A stretch of 64,000 nucleotides of DNA from an uncultured Oscillospiraceae bacterium (lineage in GTDB: Bacteria > Bacillota > Clostridia > Oscillospirales > Oscillospiraceae). Where the stretch lies: assembly GCA_964465395.1 (NCBI GenBank), contig CAYXIN010000001.1, forward strand, positions 5,065 to 69,064, given 5' to 3'. The notes under the pieces were generated by a model that was not told where the DNA came from, ran no database searches, and saw only the letters and a list, made by a program, of their open reading frames with translations. This document shows positions 1 to 10,080 of the stretch, piece after piece. Position numbers and translations under genes: made by a program. Within the stretch, counting starts at the first letter, position 1; each line of letters begins with the position of its first letter.

Positions 1-424
1 CGGGCTTGGTCTTGACAAGCTGGAGCGCGGGACGGACGGTGTCAGCCGTCGAGTAGGTCGCGCCACCGAGCAGGGCGTCGGCATAGCCCAGCTTCACCAG
101 CATGGTGCCGAAATAGTTGCCCTTGAGGAGGGCGGCTCTGCAATCCTCGGGGCTCATCTTGCCCTTGCGCAGCTCCACCATCTTCGCGACCATCTCATCC
201 ATGCCGGCATAGGTGGCCGGGTCGATGATCTCCAGACCCGCAATATCAAAGCCACCGGCAGCAGCCGCGGCCTTGACCTCCTCCTGATTACCGATCAGGA
301 TGGGGGTCAGGAAGCCACCCTCCTTCAGACGGGCGGCAGCCTCCAGAATGCGGGCGTCGGGGCCCTCGGTGAAAACGATCTTACGCGCATTGGCGCGCAG
401 GATATCGATCAAACGGTCAAACAT
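1..424 (-). CDS. pta: Phosphate acetyltransferase, N-terminal part (runs off the window edge)
   Basis: Manual translation from ATG at 424: MFDRLIDILRANARKIVFTEGPDARILEAA...NYFGTMLVKLGYADALLGGATYSTADTVRPALQLVKTKP, with typical PTA motifs; GGAGG RBS upstream. Confidence 0.92.
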   Translation of the reverse strand, partial: MFDRLIDILRANARKIVFTEGPDARILEAAARLKEGGFLTPILIGNQEEVKAAAAAGGFDIAGLEIIDPATYAGMDEMVAKMVELRKGKMSPEDCRAALLKGNYFGTMLVKLGYADALLGGATYSTADTVRPALQLVKTKP

Positions 425-456
425 GGAAAAACCTCCAATTCAGAATGTCGCTCTTA

Positions 457-1362
457 TTATACATCCTCCTCCGGGGAAAAATCAAGTAGCACCGACTGCT
501 TTGTCTGAATTTCCACGGATTTTTCCGTCAGGGGATGCGTGAAGCACAGGCGCGCGGCGCAGAGCTGCTGCCATTGCAGCCCCAGGCGCTCCGAAAGCGC
601 CTGACACGCCGGGGAAGCATACTGCGGGTCGCCCAGAATCGACCAGCCCATATGGGCGCAATGGACGCGGAGCTGATGCGTGCGGCCCGTAAGCGCCTGA
701 AGCTCCAGCAGGCTCACGGCCTGGCCATCGAGCACGCTGCGCCGCAGCACCGTCCAGGCCGTGCGCGCGGGCTTGCCATCCTCGCGCACGCCGCGCAGCA
801 TCCCCGTCGGGCTCAGGCGGGCGATGGGCGCATCGATCAGGCCGCTTTTGGTCGCAGGAACGCCGAAAACCGCCGCATGATAGAGCTTGGTAATGCCACC
901 GGCGCGCGCCTGCGCCGCCATCCGCGCGTGAATATGCGCATTCTTCGCCAGCAGCACCACGCCGAAGGTGTCGCGATCCAGACGGCTGACGGGATGCACC
1001 GCGCCGGACTGCCCGGTCTGCTGATAGTAGGCCACAAGCGCATTGGCCAGCGTGCCCGTGTTGCGGGCGGAGGAGGGATGCACCAGCATCCCCACGGGCT
1101 TATCCACCGCAATCAGCGCCTCATCCTCATAGAGAATGGACAGCGGCAGTGCCTCGGCCGGGTAAACGGGCAGCTCCTCCTCGATGGCGACCGTGAGCAC
1201 GTCACCGGGGCGGACGATGTAGTTGGTGAAAACGGGGTAGCCATTGACGCGGTAGGCCTGCTTATATTTCAGGCGGTTGACCAGCGTGGAGGACAGGCCC
1301 AGCTCGCGCCGCAGAACGGACAGCACCCGCGTCTCGCGGGAAACGGTATGCGTGAGAATCAT
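457..1362 (-). CDS. RluA-family pseudouridine synthase (RluD-like) with S4 domain
   Basis: Motifs VDKPVGMLVHP, HPVSRLDRDTFG (catalytic Asp) and TGRTHQLRVH. Confidence 0.92.
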   Translation of the reverse strand: MILTHTVSRETRVLSVLRRELGLSSTLVNRLKYKQAYRVNGYPVFTNYIVRPGDVLTVAIEEELPVYPAEALPLSILYEDEALIAVDKPVGMLVHPSSARNTGTLANALVAYYQQTGQSGAVHPVSRLDRDTFGVVLLAKNAHIHARMAAQARAGGITKLYHAAVFGVPATKSGLIDAPIARLSPTGMLRGVREDGKPARTAWTVLRRSVLDGQAVSLLELQALTGRTHQLRVHCAHMGWSILGDPQYASPACQALSERLGLQWQQLCAARLCFTHPLTEKSVEIQTKQSVLLDFSPEEDV

Positions 1363-1784
1363 TGCGCCGCCCCCACCGGCTGCGGCAGGCAGGTATTAAG
1401 CCAGTAGCGCATGATGGCACGGCGGGTCACAATGCCGATGAAATCGCCCTTGTCGTCAATGACCGGCACAAAGTTCTGGTCGGTGGCCTTTTGCAGCAGC
1501 TCGCGCATATCGGTTGTGACGGAAACGGGCTCATTGTCCTTGTGGTGTGTGATGTCCATGATGTTGAAGTTTTCGGTCGCGCGCAGGTCGTTGGCGCACA
1601 GCCGTTTGATGGCCCAGAGCAGGTCACCCTCGGTGAGCGTGCCGCAATAGGCGCCGCTCCTGCTGAGAATCGGCAGCGCCGTATAGCCCGAATTCTCCAT
1701 CCGCTCAAGCGCCTGGCGGACGGTGAAATCGTCATAGAGATAGGAGCAGATGGCCTTGGGGGTCAGAAAAAATAAAAGATTCAA
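1359..1784 (-). CDS. CBS-domain protein (YkuL-like)
   Basis: Paired CBS repeats (YTALPIL..G.Y.GTLTEGD; FVPVIDDKGDFIGIVTRRAI); stop overlaps the next start. Confidence 0.85.
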   Translation of the reverse strand: MNLLFFLTPKAICSYLYDDFTVRQALERMENSGYTALPILSRSGAYCGTLTEGDLLWAIKRLCANDLRATENFNIMDITHHKDNEPVSVTTDMRELLQKATDQNFVPVIDDKGDFIGIVTRRAIMRYWLNTCLPQPVGAAQ

Positions 1785-2208
1785 GATAACACCCTTCTTA
1801 TTTCAAATTCATAAGTCGTGGCGGAGGGGGCGCGTCGTTCGCGCGCCCAGTCTATTATAGCACATTTTCTTTGGGAAATCTGTTAACAAAATGATAAATA
1901 TCGGGTGTGTACCGAAAAAAATTCCCTCAATTTTTGTGCAGGATTCACAAAAATCGATCCGCAGAGCAAAATTTCCGCAAAAATCCGCCCCACCCGGCCC
2001 TCTCTGCGCGCGGAATGCCCCAGGGCGCAGGAGGGGTCATTTTGCAGGATGTTCACGGAAATGTTGCAAAAATACTATGGAAATCCGGCACATACTATGC
2101 TATAATCAGGCTGACCAGAAGGCCTTTCTTCCGGAAGACCGTGAACACTGTCCGGCGCACTGCCGACAGTTGCCTTGATCCATCACAGTATCAGGAGGAT
2201 TTAATATT

Positions 2209-3795
2209 ATGCAAACCTATGGAATTGAAAAGCTGGGCATCGTGAATCCCGGTGCCGTTTACCGCAATCTGAACCCCGCGCAGCTCACCGAGGCTGCCCT
2301 GCGCCGCGGCGAGGGTCGCCTGACGCCGACCGGCGCGCTGCTTGTTACCACCGGCAAATACACCGGCCGCTCCCCCGACGACAAGTTCATCGTTGACACC
2401 CCCGCCATCCACGACGACATCGCCTGGGGCAAGGTCAACCGCCCCATCTCCAGAGAGCGCTTCAACGCCATCAAAGCCAAGGCCTGCGCCTATTTGCAGG
2501 GCCGTGAGATTTTCCTCTTTGACGGCTTCGCCGGCGCAGACCGGAAATACACCCAGAAGTTCCGCGTCATCAATGAGCTGGCCTCGCAGAACATGTTCAT
2601 CCATCAGCTTCTCATCCGCCCCACGGAGGAGGAGCTGGCGCAGTACGGCGAGCCGGACTACACCATCCTCTGCGCACCGGGCTTCAAGTGCGATCCCGAG
2701 GCTGACGGCGTCCACTCCGAGGCCGCCATTATGATCGACTATGAGGCGCACGAAATTGTGATCGTCGGCTCCCAGTATGCGGGCGAGATCAAGAAGTCCG
2801 TCTTCTCCACCATGAACTATGTCATGACAAAGCAGAACGTTCTGCCCATGCACTGCTCGGCCAACATGGATCCCGAGACGCATGAGACCGCTGTTTTCTT
2901 CGGTCTGTCCGGCACGGGCAAGACGACTCTCTCGGCCGATCCCTCCCGCAAGCTCATCGGTGACGACGAGCACGGCTGGTCGCCCGACGGCGTGTTCAAC
3001 TTTGAGGGCGGCTGCTATGCCAAGTGCATCGGTCTGAAGGAGGAGAATGAGCCAGAGATCTTCCACGCCATCCGCTTCGGCTCGCTGCTGGAAAACGTCA
3101 TCATGGACGAGACGGGCAAGCTGGATTTTGACGACGGCTCCCTGACCGAGAACACCCGCGTGGGCTACCCCGTGGAATATATCTCCAACTCCCAGATTCC
3201 CGGCATGGGCGGCATCCCCAAGGTCGTCATTTTCCTGACCGCCGACGCTTTCGGCGTCCTGCCCCCGATCAGCCGCCTGAGCCGCGACGCAGCCATGTAC
3301 CACTTCGTCACCGGCTTCACCTCCAAGCTGGCCGGCACGGAGCGCGGCGTCACGGAGCCACAGCCCACCTTCTCGACGCTTTTCGGTGAGCCCTTCATGC
3401 CGATGGATCCGTCCGTATACGCGCAAATGCTGGGCGACAAGCTCGACCAGTATGGCACGAAGGTCTACCTGGTCAACACCGGCTGGGCCGGTGGCTCGGC
3501 TGCCATGGGCGCAAAGCGCATGAAGCTGGCCTACACCCGCGCCATGGTCACGGCCGCGCTCACCGGCGCCTTCGACACGGTGGAATTCCGCCACCACGAG
3601 GTCTTCAACGTGGACTACCCGACCGCCTGCCCCAATGTCCCCGCCGAAATGCTCGACGCGCGCGGCATGTGGGCCGACAAGGACGCCTATGACGCGCAGG
3701 CCAACAAGCTTGCCGCCATGTTTGCCGACAACTTCGCCAAAAAGTATCCCAATATGCCGGCCAACATCACCAACGCCGGTCCCAGAGCAAAATAA
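2209..3795 (+). CDS. pckA: Phosphoenolpyruvate carboxykinase (ATP)
   Basis: TGRSPDDKF, YAGEIKKSVF, FFGLSGTGKTTLSAD, LIGDDEHGW, NFEGGCYAK. Confidence 0.97.
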   Translation: MQTYGIEKLGIVNPGAVYRNLNPAQLTEAALRRGEGRLTPTGALLVTTGKYTGRSPDDKFIVDTPAIHDDIAWGKVNRPISRERFNAIKAKACAYLQGREIFLFDGFAGADRKYTQKFRVINELASQNMFIHQLLIRPTEEELAQYGEPDYTILCAPGFKCDPEADGVHSEAAIMIDYEAHEIVIVGSQYAGEIKKSVFSTMNYVMTKQNVLPMHCSANMDPETHETAVFFGLSGTGKTTLSADPSRKLIGDDEHGWSPDGVFNFEGGCYAKCIGLKEENEPEIFHAIRFGSLLENVIMDETGKLDFDDGSLTENTRVGYPVEYISNSQIPGMGGIPKVVIFLTADAFGVLPPISRLSRDAAMYHFVTGFTSKLAGTERGVTEPQPTFSTLFGEPFMPMDPSVYAQMLGDKLDQYGTKVYLVNTGWAGGSAAMGAKRMKLAYTRAMVTAALTGAFDTVEFRHHEVFNVDYPTACPNVPAEMLDARGMWADKDAYDAQANKLAAMFADNFAKKYPNMPANITNAGPRAK

Positions 3796-3875
3796 AGCCT
3801 GTCCCGCTCCCCTCTCCGCCTCCATGCGGGGAGGGGGCGTGATTACACCGAAAATTTGATAAGCGAAAAGGAGAA

Positions 3876-5726
3876 ATGCCCATGTACTGTGTCCGCAAGG
3901 TTCGTGACGATCTCTGGTGGGTCGGCGGCAACGACCGCCGTCTGGCCATCTTTGAGGGCGTCTACCCCATCCCGCGCGGCGTTTCCTACAACGCCTACCT
4001 GCTGCTCGATGAGAAGACGGTGCTCTTTGACACGGTGGACTATTCTGTCAGCCGTCTGTTCTTCGAAAATGTTGCGCATGTGCTCAATGGCCGCGCGCTT
4101 GACTATCTGGTCGTGCAGCATATGGAGCCGGATCACTCCGGCACAATCTCCGAGCTGCTGCTGCGCTACCCCGGCGCGACCGTAATCTGCAACGAGCGCA
4201 TCGCGCAGATGCTCCGCCAGTTCCGCGGCGGCGAGGCCCTGCCCAACCCGATCCGGCTGGTCAGCGAGGGCGACGTCATCACAACCGGCAGCCATCAATT
4301 CACCTTCCTGGCCGCGCCCATGGTACACTGGCCGGAGGTTATGGTAACCTACGACCTGACAACCGGCACTCTTTTCTCCGCCGACGCCTTTGGCACCTTC
4401 GGCGCGCTCAACGGCGCGCTCTTTGCCGACGAGGTGAATTTCGAGCGCGATTATCTCGACGAGGCGCGCCGCTACTACTGCAACATCGTCGGCAAATATG
4501 GCACGCAGGTGCAGGCTCTGCTGAAAAAGGCCTCCACCGTGGAGATCAACATGGTCTGCCCGCTGCACGGCTTTGTCTGGCGCAGAGGCATCGGTGACTT
4601 CATCGACAAATACGTCCACTGGGCCACCTACACCCCCGAGGAGGAGGGCGTCGTCATCGCCTACGCCTCCATCTACGGGAACACCGCCAACGCCGCTGAC
4701 CTGCTGGCCACCCGCCTGCGCGAGCGCGGCGTGCCGGTTGCAATGTTCGACGTCTCCGTGACGCACGCCTCCGAGGTGATCGCGGCTGCCTTCCGCTACA
4801 GCCATCTGGTCTTTGCCGCACCGACCTACAACGCCGGTATCTTCGTCGCCATGGAAGCCCTGCTGCATGACCTGGTGGCGCACAATCTGCAAAACCGCAC
4901 CATCGCCCTGATTGAAAACGGCTCCTGGGCGCCCACCGCCGGCGGCCACATGCGCAAGCTGCTCTCCGGCCTGAAGAACACCAGCTTCGTGGGCGAAACG
5001 CTGCGCATCTGCTCGGCACTGACCGCAGCACAGCTCGACAGCGTGGAGGCGCTGGCTGGGGCGATCTGCGAGACGATGCCCATGTGCCAGCCCAAGGCGG
5101 CTACACCCGTCGGCGCAGTGGACGCAGACAGCCTGTTCAAGCTCAGCTACGGTCTGTTCGTGCTCAGCGCACGCGAGGATGGGCGCGACAACGCCTGCAT
5201 CATCAACACCGCTGCGCAGATCACCGACTCCCCGCGCCGCATCACCATCACCGTCAACAAGCAAAATCTGACGCATGACATGATTGCCTCCACCGGGCTG
5301 TTCAACCTGTCGATTCTCTCCGAGGAGGCCGATTTTGCCACTTTCCGGCGCTTTGGCTTTGTCAGCGGCCGCGAGGCGGACAAGTTTGAGGGGCTGCCCG
5401 AGCTGCGTAGCGCCAACGGGCTGCGTTACCTCGATACGGGCTGCAACGCCATCCTCTCCGGCAAGGTGATTCAGGCGGTGGACTGCGGCACACACACGCT
5501 CTTCACCGCAGAGGTCACGGAGGCGCGCACCCTGAGCGCCGCGCCCTCGGCCACCTACGCCTACTATTTCGAGCACATCAAGCCCAAGCCCCAGCCCGCC
5601 AGCGAGGACAAGAAGGGCTTTGTCTGCAAAATCTGCGGCTATGTCTACGAGGGCGAGAGCCTGCCGGCCGATTATATCTGCCCGCTGTGCAAGCACGGCG
5701 CGGAGGATTTTGAGCCGCTCAAATAA
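3876..5726 (+). CDS. Multidomain flavodiiron protein (FprA core + flavin reductase + C-terminal rubredoxin)
   Basis: Diiron ligands HMEPDH, HWPE, FSADAFG; flavodoxin domain; flavin-reductase domain (LFKLSYGLFV..NACIINT..DCGTHTLF); rubredoxin CKICGYVY..CPLC. Confidence 0.88.
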   Translation: MPMYCVRKVRDDLWWVGGNDRRLAIFEGVYPIPRGVSYNAYLLLDEKTVLFDTVDYSVSRLFFENVAHVLNGRALDYLVVQHMEPDHSGTISELLLRYPGATVICNERIAQMLRQFRGGEALPNPIRLVSEGDVITTGSHQFTFLAAPMVHWPEVMVTYDLTTGTLFSADAFGTFGALNGALFADEVNFERDYLDEARRYYCNIVGKYGTQVQALLKKASTVEINMVCPLHGFVWRRGIGDFIDKYVHWATYTPEEEGVVIAYASIYGNTANAADLLATRLRERGVPVAMFDVSVTHASEVIAAAFRYSHLVFAAPTYNAGIFVAMEALLHDLVAHNLQNRTIALIENGSWAPTAGGHMRKLLSGLKNTSFVGETLRICSALTAAQLDSVEALAGAICETMPMCQPKAATPVGAVDADSLFKLSYGLFVLSAREDGRDNACIINTAAQITDSPRRITITVNKQNLTHDMIASTGLFNLSILSEEADFATFRRFGFVSGREADKFEGLPELRSANGLRYLDTGCNAILSGKVIQAVDCGTHTLFTAEVTEARTLSAAPSATYAYYFEHIKPKPQPASEDKKGFVCKICGYVYEGESLPADYICPLCKHGAEDFEPLK

Positions 5727-5748
5727 GCCACCCGCAGTGCAAAAAGCC

Positions 5749-5755
5749 TTCGACA
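5749..5755. promoter_or_regulatory. Candidate Spo0A box upstream of spoIIG
   Basis: TTCGACA, the reverse complement of consensus TGNCGAA, about 170 bp upstream of spoIIGA; spoIIG is a known Spo0A target. Confidence 0.5.
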
Positions 5756-5924
5756 GCTTTTGGGCGAAAGCTTTGAAAAATCCGGCCGGGAAATAAGATT
5801 CCCCGGAGAATGCACAACAGAATATCCCGAAACAGCCAAAAACAGGCCGCATGTCCGCCACGGATTTGCGACCTGTTTTTTTCGGCGCATCGGCTATCAT
5901 GGTGCGCATGTGAGGGGGTTGGCC

Positions 5925-6758
5925 ATGGTTGTCTATCTGGATCTGGTGCTGCTTCTGAATTTTGGAATCAATCTCCTGCTGCTGCGCGGCACGGGACGCC
6001 TCGGCGCGGCGCGGCTGCACCGGGGACGTCTCGCGCTGGGCGCGGGGCTGGGCGCGGGCTACGCCGCGCTCAGCTATCTCTGGCCGCCGCTGGCACTGTG
6101 GCCGGGCAAGCTGCTGTGTGGCGGGGCCATGCTCTGCTGCTCCTTCGGCCTGCGGCGCAGCACCCTGCGGCTGGCGGGCGTGTTTGCTGCGCTGTCTCTG
6201 GTGCTCTGTGGCGCAGTTTATGGCGTGGAGACACTCCTGGAGCATCAGCCGGTCGGCAGTGGGCTGTTTTATCCGGTCAGCGCGGGCACACTGCTCCTCA
6301 CCGCAGGCGCAGTCAGCGCAGCCTGCCGCCTGCTCCTGCCGCGCCTGACCCACGCAGCGGACAGCATCGTTCCGGTCACACTAAGCCTTGACGGGCGCAG
6401 CGTCCACCTGAGCGCGCTGCGCGATTCCGGCAATGCGCTGCGCGACCCGGTCGGCGGCGGGCCTGTTCTGGTCGCCGCCTGGGAGCAGGGCGCAGCGCTG
6501 CTGGGACTGCCGCTGCGCGCCGGAGACTTCGACGCGCCCGACCGTCTGGCGCTGCGGCTGCGGCGTTATCATCCGCGCCTGATTCCCTACCGGGCCGTGG
6601 GGCTCTCCTGCGGCCTGCTGCTGGCAATTCCCTGCCGCATTCAAATCGCGCGGCACAGTCACACCGGGCTGGTGGCCTTCTGCCCGACGCCTCTGTCTGA
6701 CGGCGGCGCCTACGACGCGCTGATTGGCGCCGAGACGCTGCCCTGCGGCACATTCTGA
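5925..6758 (+). CDS. spoIIGA: Pro-sigmaE processing aspartic protease SpoIIGA
   Basis: Starts [16 protein letters not shown]; hydrophobic N-terminal half; [12 protein letters not shown] catalytic motif; directly upstream of sigE. Confidence 0.9.
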   Translation: MVVYLDLVLLLNFGINLLLLRGTGRLGAARLHRGRLALGAGLGAGYAALSYLWPPLALWPGKLLCGGAMLCCSFGLRRSTLRLAGVFAALSLVLCGAVYGVETLLEHQPVGSGLFYPVSAGTLLLTAGAVSAACRLLLPRLTHAADSIVPVTLSLDGRSVHLSALRDSGNALRDPVGGGPVLVAAWEQGAALLGLPLRAGDFDAPDRLALRLRRYHPRLIPYRAVGLSCGLLLAIPCRIQIARHSHTGLVAFCPTPLSDGGAYDALIGAETLPCGTF

Positions 6759-6772
6759 AAGGAGGATCCCTC

Positions 6773-7468
6773 ATGCTGAAAGCAATCTCTCAGCTCCTTG
6801 CCCTGCTTTTCCCAGCCAGACTGCACTACATCGGCGGCAGCGATGTGCTGCCGCCACCCCTGACCACCGCCGAGGAGCAAAGCCTTCTTGCGCGCGCGGC
6901 AACCGGAGAGGAGGCCGCCCGCCAACGACTGATTGAGCGGAATCTGCGGCTGGTGGTCTATATCGCGCGGCACTTCGAGAACACCGCCGTGCCGATTGAG
7001 GATCTGATTTCCATCGGCACCATCGGGCTCATCAAGGCCATCGGCACCTTCAAAACCGACCGCAACATCAAGCTGGCCACCTACGCCTCGCGCTGCATTG
7101 AGAACGAAATCCTCATGCACATCCGCAAAATCTCCGCCCAGAAAAGCGAAATCTCTCTCGACGAGCCGATCAACACCGACTGGGACGGAAACGAGCTGCT
7201 GCTGGCGGACATTCTGGGCACGGACGACGACACCGTTGTGCGCCCGATAGAGGAGGATGTGGAGCAGCAGCTTCTGCGCGAGGCGCTCTCGCGCCTGCCG
7301 GAGCGGGAGCGGCGCATCGTCGCGCTGCGCTTCGGGCTGGGCGGCCGCAGCGAACGGACGCAGAAGGAGGTCGCTGACCTGATGGGAATCTCACAATCCT
7401 ACATCTCCCGCCTGGAGAAGCGCATCATGCTGCGGCTGCGGCGGGAGCTGCTGCGCAGCGTCTCCTGA
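6773..7468 (+). CDS. sigE: Sporulation sigma factor SigE
   Basis: Pro-sequence then [55 protein letters not shown]. Confidence 0.95.
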   Translation: MLKAISQLLALLFPARLHYIGGSDVLPPPLTTAEEQSLLARAATGEEAARQRLIERNLRLVVYIARHFENTAVPIEDLISIGTIGLIKAIGTFKTDRNIKLATYASRCIENEILMHIRKISAQKSEISLDEPINTDWDGNELLLADILGTDDDTVVRPIEEDVEQQLLREALSRLPERERRIVALRFGLGGRSERTQKEVADLMGISQSYISRLEKRIMLRLRRELLRSVS

Positions 7469-7491
7469 GGGGCAGGGCTGCACCCGGGCAC

Positions 7492-7534
7492 AAAAATACC
7501 CGTTATCGCCACCGGGCAGATAACGGGTATTTTT
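7492..7534. terminator. Bidirectional intrinsic terminator after sigE
   Basis: AAAAATACCCGTTATC-loop-GATAACGGGTATTTTT between convergent genes. Confidence 0.8.
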
Positions 7535-7569
7535 CTTTGGCCGCGTGGCGGCCTTTTCCATTTCTTCTG

Positions 7570-8124
7570 CTATTGCTCTGCCACATGCGCTTCCGCGAGG
7601 CGATAGAAATACGCCTCCAGCGCAGCCTGCCGGTCGCCGGTCAGATATTGCGTCCCATCCGAAAGCGTGAGGCAAAAGCTGTAGCTCTCCGCGTCCGCTG
7701 CCGAAACGGGCAGCTTCTTCACCTGCTGCGCCGCAGCAAGCGCCTGCGTCTGCTCCAGAATTGCGAAAAGGGACTCTACCTCCGCATCCGTCAGGCTGCG
7801 GTTTTCAAAGCTCGTCTCCACCTCATTCTGCTGGGTAAAGCACGCCGCATCCAGAAGCCAGCCGTCTGCCTCCCGGCGCGCCCAGAAGGAGTAGCTCGCG
7901 CTTTGATCCATCGCGCCGCAGGAAATCGAAACCGCCGTAACCTCCGAAAGTGTGTGCGCCGCAGGCGCGGGCGCTGCGCTGCACCCGAACAGCCCGCAAA
8001 GCAGACAGGCTCCCAGCGCAAGGAGCAGCATCCGGCCACTCCGCCGCATATGCACAGCCTGACGGAAGGCTGTGCCGGAGGCCGGGTGACGGGCAGCGAT
8101 GCCCGTTATCCATCTCATAATCAT
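7570..8124 (-). CDS. Hypothetical lipoprotein
   Basis: AAAGGAG RBS before ATG 8124; hydrophobic stretch ending LFGC; no family recognised; start uncertain. Confidence 0.6.
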   Translation of the reverse strand: MIMRWITGIAARHPASGTAFRQAVHMRRSGRMLLLALGACLLCGLFGCSAAPAPAAHTLSEVTAVSISCGAMDQSASYSFWARREADGWLLDAACFTQQNEVETSFENRSLTDAEVESLFAILEQTQALAAAQQVKKLPVSAADAESYSFCLTLSDGTQYLTGDRQAALEAYFYRLAEAHVAEQ

Positions 8125-8157
8125 AACTCCTTTCGCCTCATGCAGCTTTCCGCCGGG

Positions 8158-9711
8158 TCAGGACGTTGGCAGCCGCACCAGGGTTCCCGCGCGGCAGACA
8201 TTGCTGAAGCTGTGGCACTCCACCGTGAGGACGAATTCGGTGCTGACCGTCTGATTGACCGGGAAGCCGGGCAGCGTGATCTCGCCCTCGCCGGGCGCGG
8301 CGGGGCGGAGCGCTCCGTCGGCGGGCGGCTCCACTGCGCCACTCTGCGGCGGCTGCTCACCGCCCTGCGGCTGCGCCGGAGGCTCCTGCACCCCGGCGGG
8401 AAGCACCGGCTCGGTCGGCTGCGGGGGAATCTCCACATCCGGTGGCGGATTGATCTCGCCAAAGCCGGGGCGCGACTGCGTTGCGCCGCCATACTGCTGC
8501 TGCTCACCATCAACGGTCAGGGTATAGACCACATCAAGCTCCAGCGCCGGGCTGCTGAGCGTCAGGCTGTTACAGCTCCAGGGGAGAGTCACGCTGAAGC
8601 AGGTTTCACCATTGGCGCTCAGCTCCACCAGGCTGCCCGCCGCAAGCGTTTGCAGGAGGCTCAGCTCCATAAACTGCTGCGCCGAATCCGCCTCGACCGT
8701 GTCGTTGCGGCTTCCACCGGCCACGACCAGGCCGCCATTGATCCAGATGCCTACGTCCGCGTCAATGCCGCCGTCGCCGGTGCGGTCATTGCCGCCGGCA
8801 TAAACGACACCGCCATTGATGACCAGCGCGCCATTGGAATCGATGCCATCGCCCTCGGCGCCGGTGCCGCCGCGCACACGCAGCTCGCCGCCGTTGATCG
8901 TCACAACGGAGAGGCCGTCCTCATTGACATTGATGCCGTCATCGGCCGCCGCGATAATCAGGTTGCCGCCGTTGAGCTCCAGATGCCGCTCCGTACACAG
9001 GCCCTCATTCGTGCCGACAATATTGAGGCTGCCGGTGTTGCCCTCGATGCGCATACTCTGGCGGGAGTAGAAGGCACCGTCATATTTATGCAGCTTTTTC
9101 TCGGTGCCGGGCTGATAGATTTTGGCGACATAGGCACCGCTGACCAGGTTGCGGCTGTCATCCGCCAGCTCCACAACCGCGCCCGCGCCGCGCAGATCGG
9201 GCTCACGCACAAAGTCCTTGCTGTCGCCGCCGCACTCATAGACGCGGTAGAACAGGATGGCGGGCGCAACGCTACAGGTGATGGAGGCATTGTCCAACAG
9301 CAGCGTGACCACCGCGCTGGGATCCGACTCGGCGCCCTCACCCAGATCGACAAAAATCTGACCCGCCGAAAGGGTGCCGGTCAGGCGATAGGTGCCGGGC
9401 GCGGTGATATGCACGACGGTATGCGCCGCCGCTTCCTCGGCGGTGTGGGCATCGGCCTCGCTGCCGCTGCCATAGCTCTCGTCCTGACCGGCGGCATAAT
9501 AGATGATATCCTGGGCGGTATAGACCGCCTCTGCACCGCAGATCACGCCATCATCGGCCAGCAGAATATCCACAATCTGCGCCTCAGTATGGCCGCTTGA
9601 CTCGCTCGGCGCGGGAAGGCTCTCGGCGGAGGACTCCGGCACCTGCTCCCCGGCAGCGCAGGCTGTCAGCAGAAGCGCAAGCACCAGAATACCGGCAAAG
9701 AAACGTTTCAT
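8158..9711 (-). CDS. Lipoprotein with carbohydrate-binding (DUF4353-like) beta-helix domain and Pro/Gln-rich tail
   Basis: MKRFFAGILVLALLLTAC lipobox; ITAPGTYRLTGTL..GQI, DDGINVN and GDGIDSNGAL.INGG repeats. Confidence 0.72.
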   Translation of the reverse strand: MKRFFAGILVLALLLTACAAGEQVPESSAESLPAPSESSGHTEAQIVDILLADDGVICGAEAVYTAQDIIYYAAGQDESYGSGSEADAHTAEEAAAHTVVHITAPGTYRLTGTLSAGQIFVDLGEGAESDPSAVVTLLLDNASITCSVAPAILFYRVYECGGDSKDFVREPDLRGAGAVVELADDSRNLVSGAYVAKIYQPGTEKKLHKYDGAFYSRQSMRIEGNTGSLNIVGTNEGLCTERHLELNGGNLIIAAADDGINVNEDGLSVVTINGGELRVRGGTGAEGDGIDSNGALVINGGVVYAGGNDRTGDGGIDADVGIWINGGLVVAGGSRNDTVEADSAQQFMELSLLQTLAAGSLVELSANGETCFSVTLPWSCNSLTLSSPALELDVVYTLTVDGEQQQYGGATQSRPGFGEINPPPDVEIPPQPTEPVLPAGVQEPPAQPQGGEQPPQSGAVEPPADGALRPAAPGEGEITLPGFPVNQTVSTEFVLTVECHSFSNVCRAGTLVRLPTS

Positions 9712-9807
9712 GAAAAAACCTCCTGTATTTTGAAGTGTGGTTTGACTTTTGGGAAAAAAGCGGATAGAATCGACACAGAGAACCGGATTGAAAGGGAGGA
9801 TGCCAGA

Positions 9808-10080
9808 ATGATTCGGCATATTGTCATGTGGAAATTTAGAGACGACCCGACGGAATTTCTCACCCGTCTGGCCGCGCTGGAGGGGGTTATCCCCTGCATC
9901 CGCGCCATGCAGGTGCGGCGCAGCGCCGTCGCAGACAGCGCCTATGACGCCGTGCTGATTGCGGATTTTGATTCTCTGGAGGATGTGCAGCGCTACAAGG
10001 AGGACCCGCGGCATGTGGCAGTCTCGGCGCTGTGCAAGGCCATTCGCACCGACCGGCGGGCCATCGACGTGATGCTGTGA
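9808..10080 (+). CDS. Dabb-family stress-responsive A/B barrel protein
   Basis: MIRHIVMWKF..F.SLEDVQRYKEDPRH; GGAGG RBS. Confidence 0.85.
   Translation: MIRHIVMWKFRDDPTEFLTRLAALEGVIPCIRAMQVRRSAVADSAYDAVLIADFDSLEDVQRYKEDPRHVAVSALCKAIRTDRRAIDVML

Noticed and set aside
1931-1953. Rex operator upstream of pckA
   Set aside because: TTGTGCA-GGA-TTCACAA has a 3-bp rather than 4-bp spacer and lies about 150 bp upstream of the -10; not supportable.
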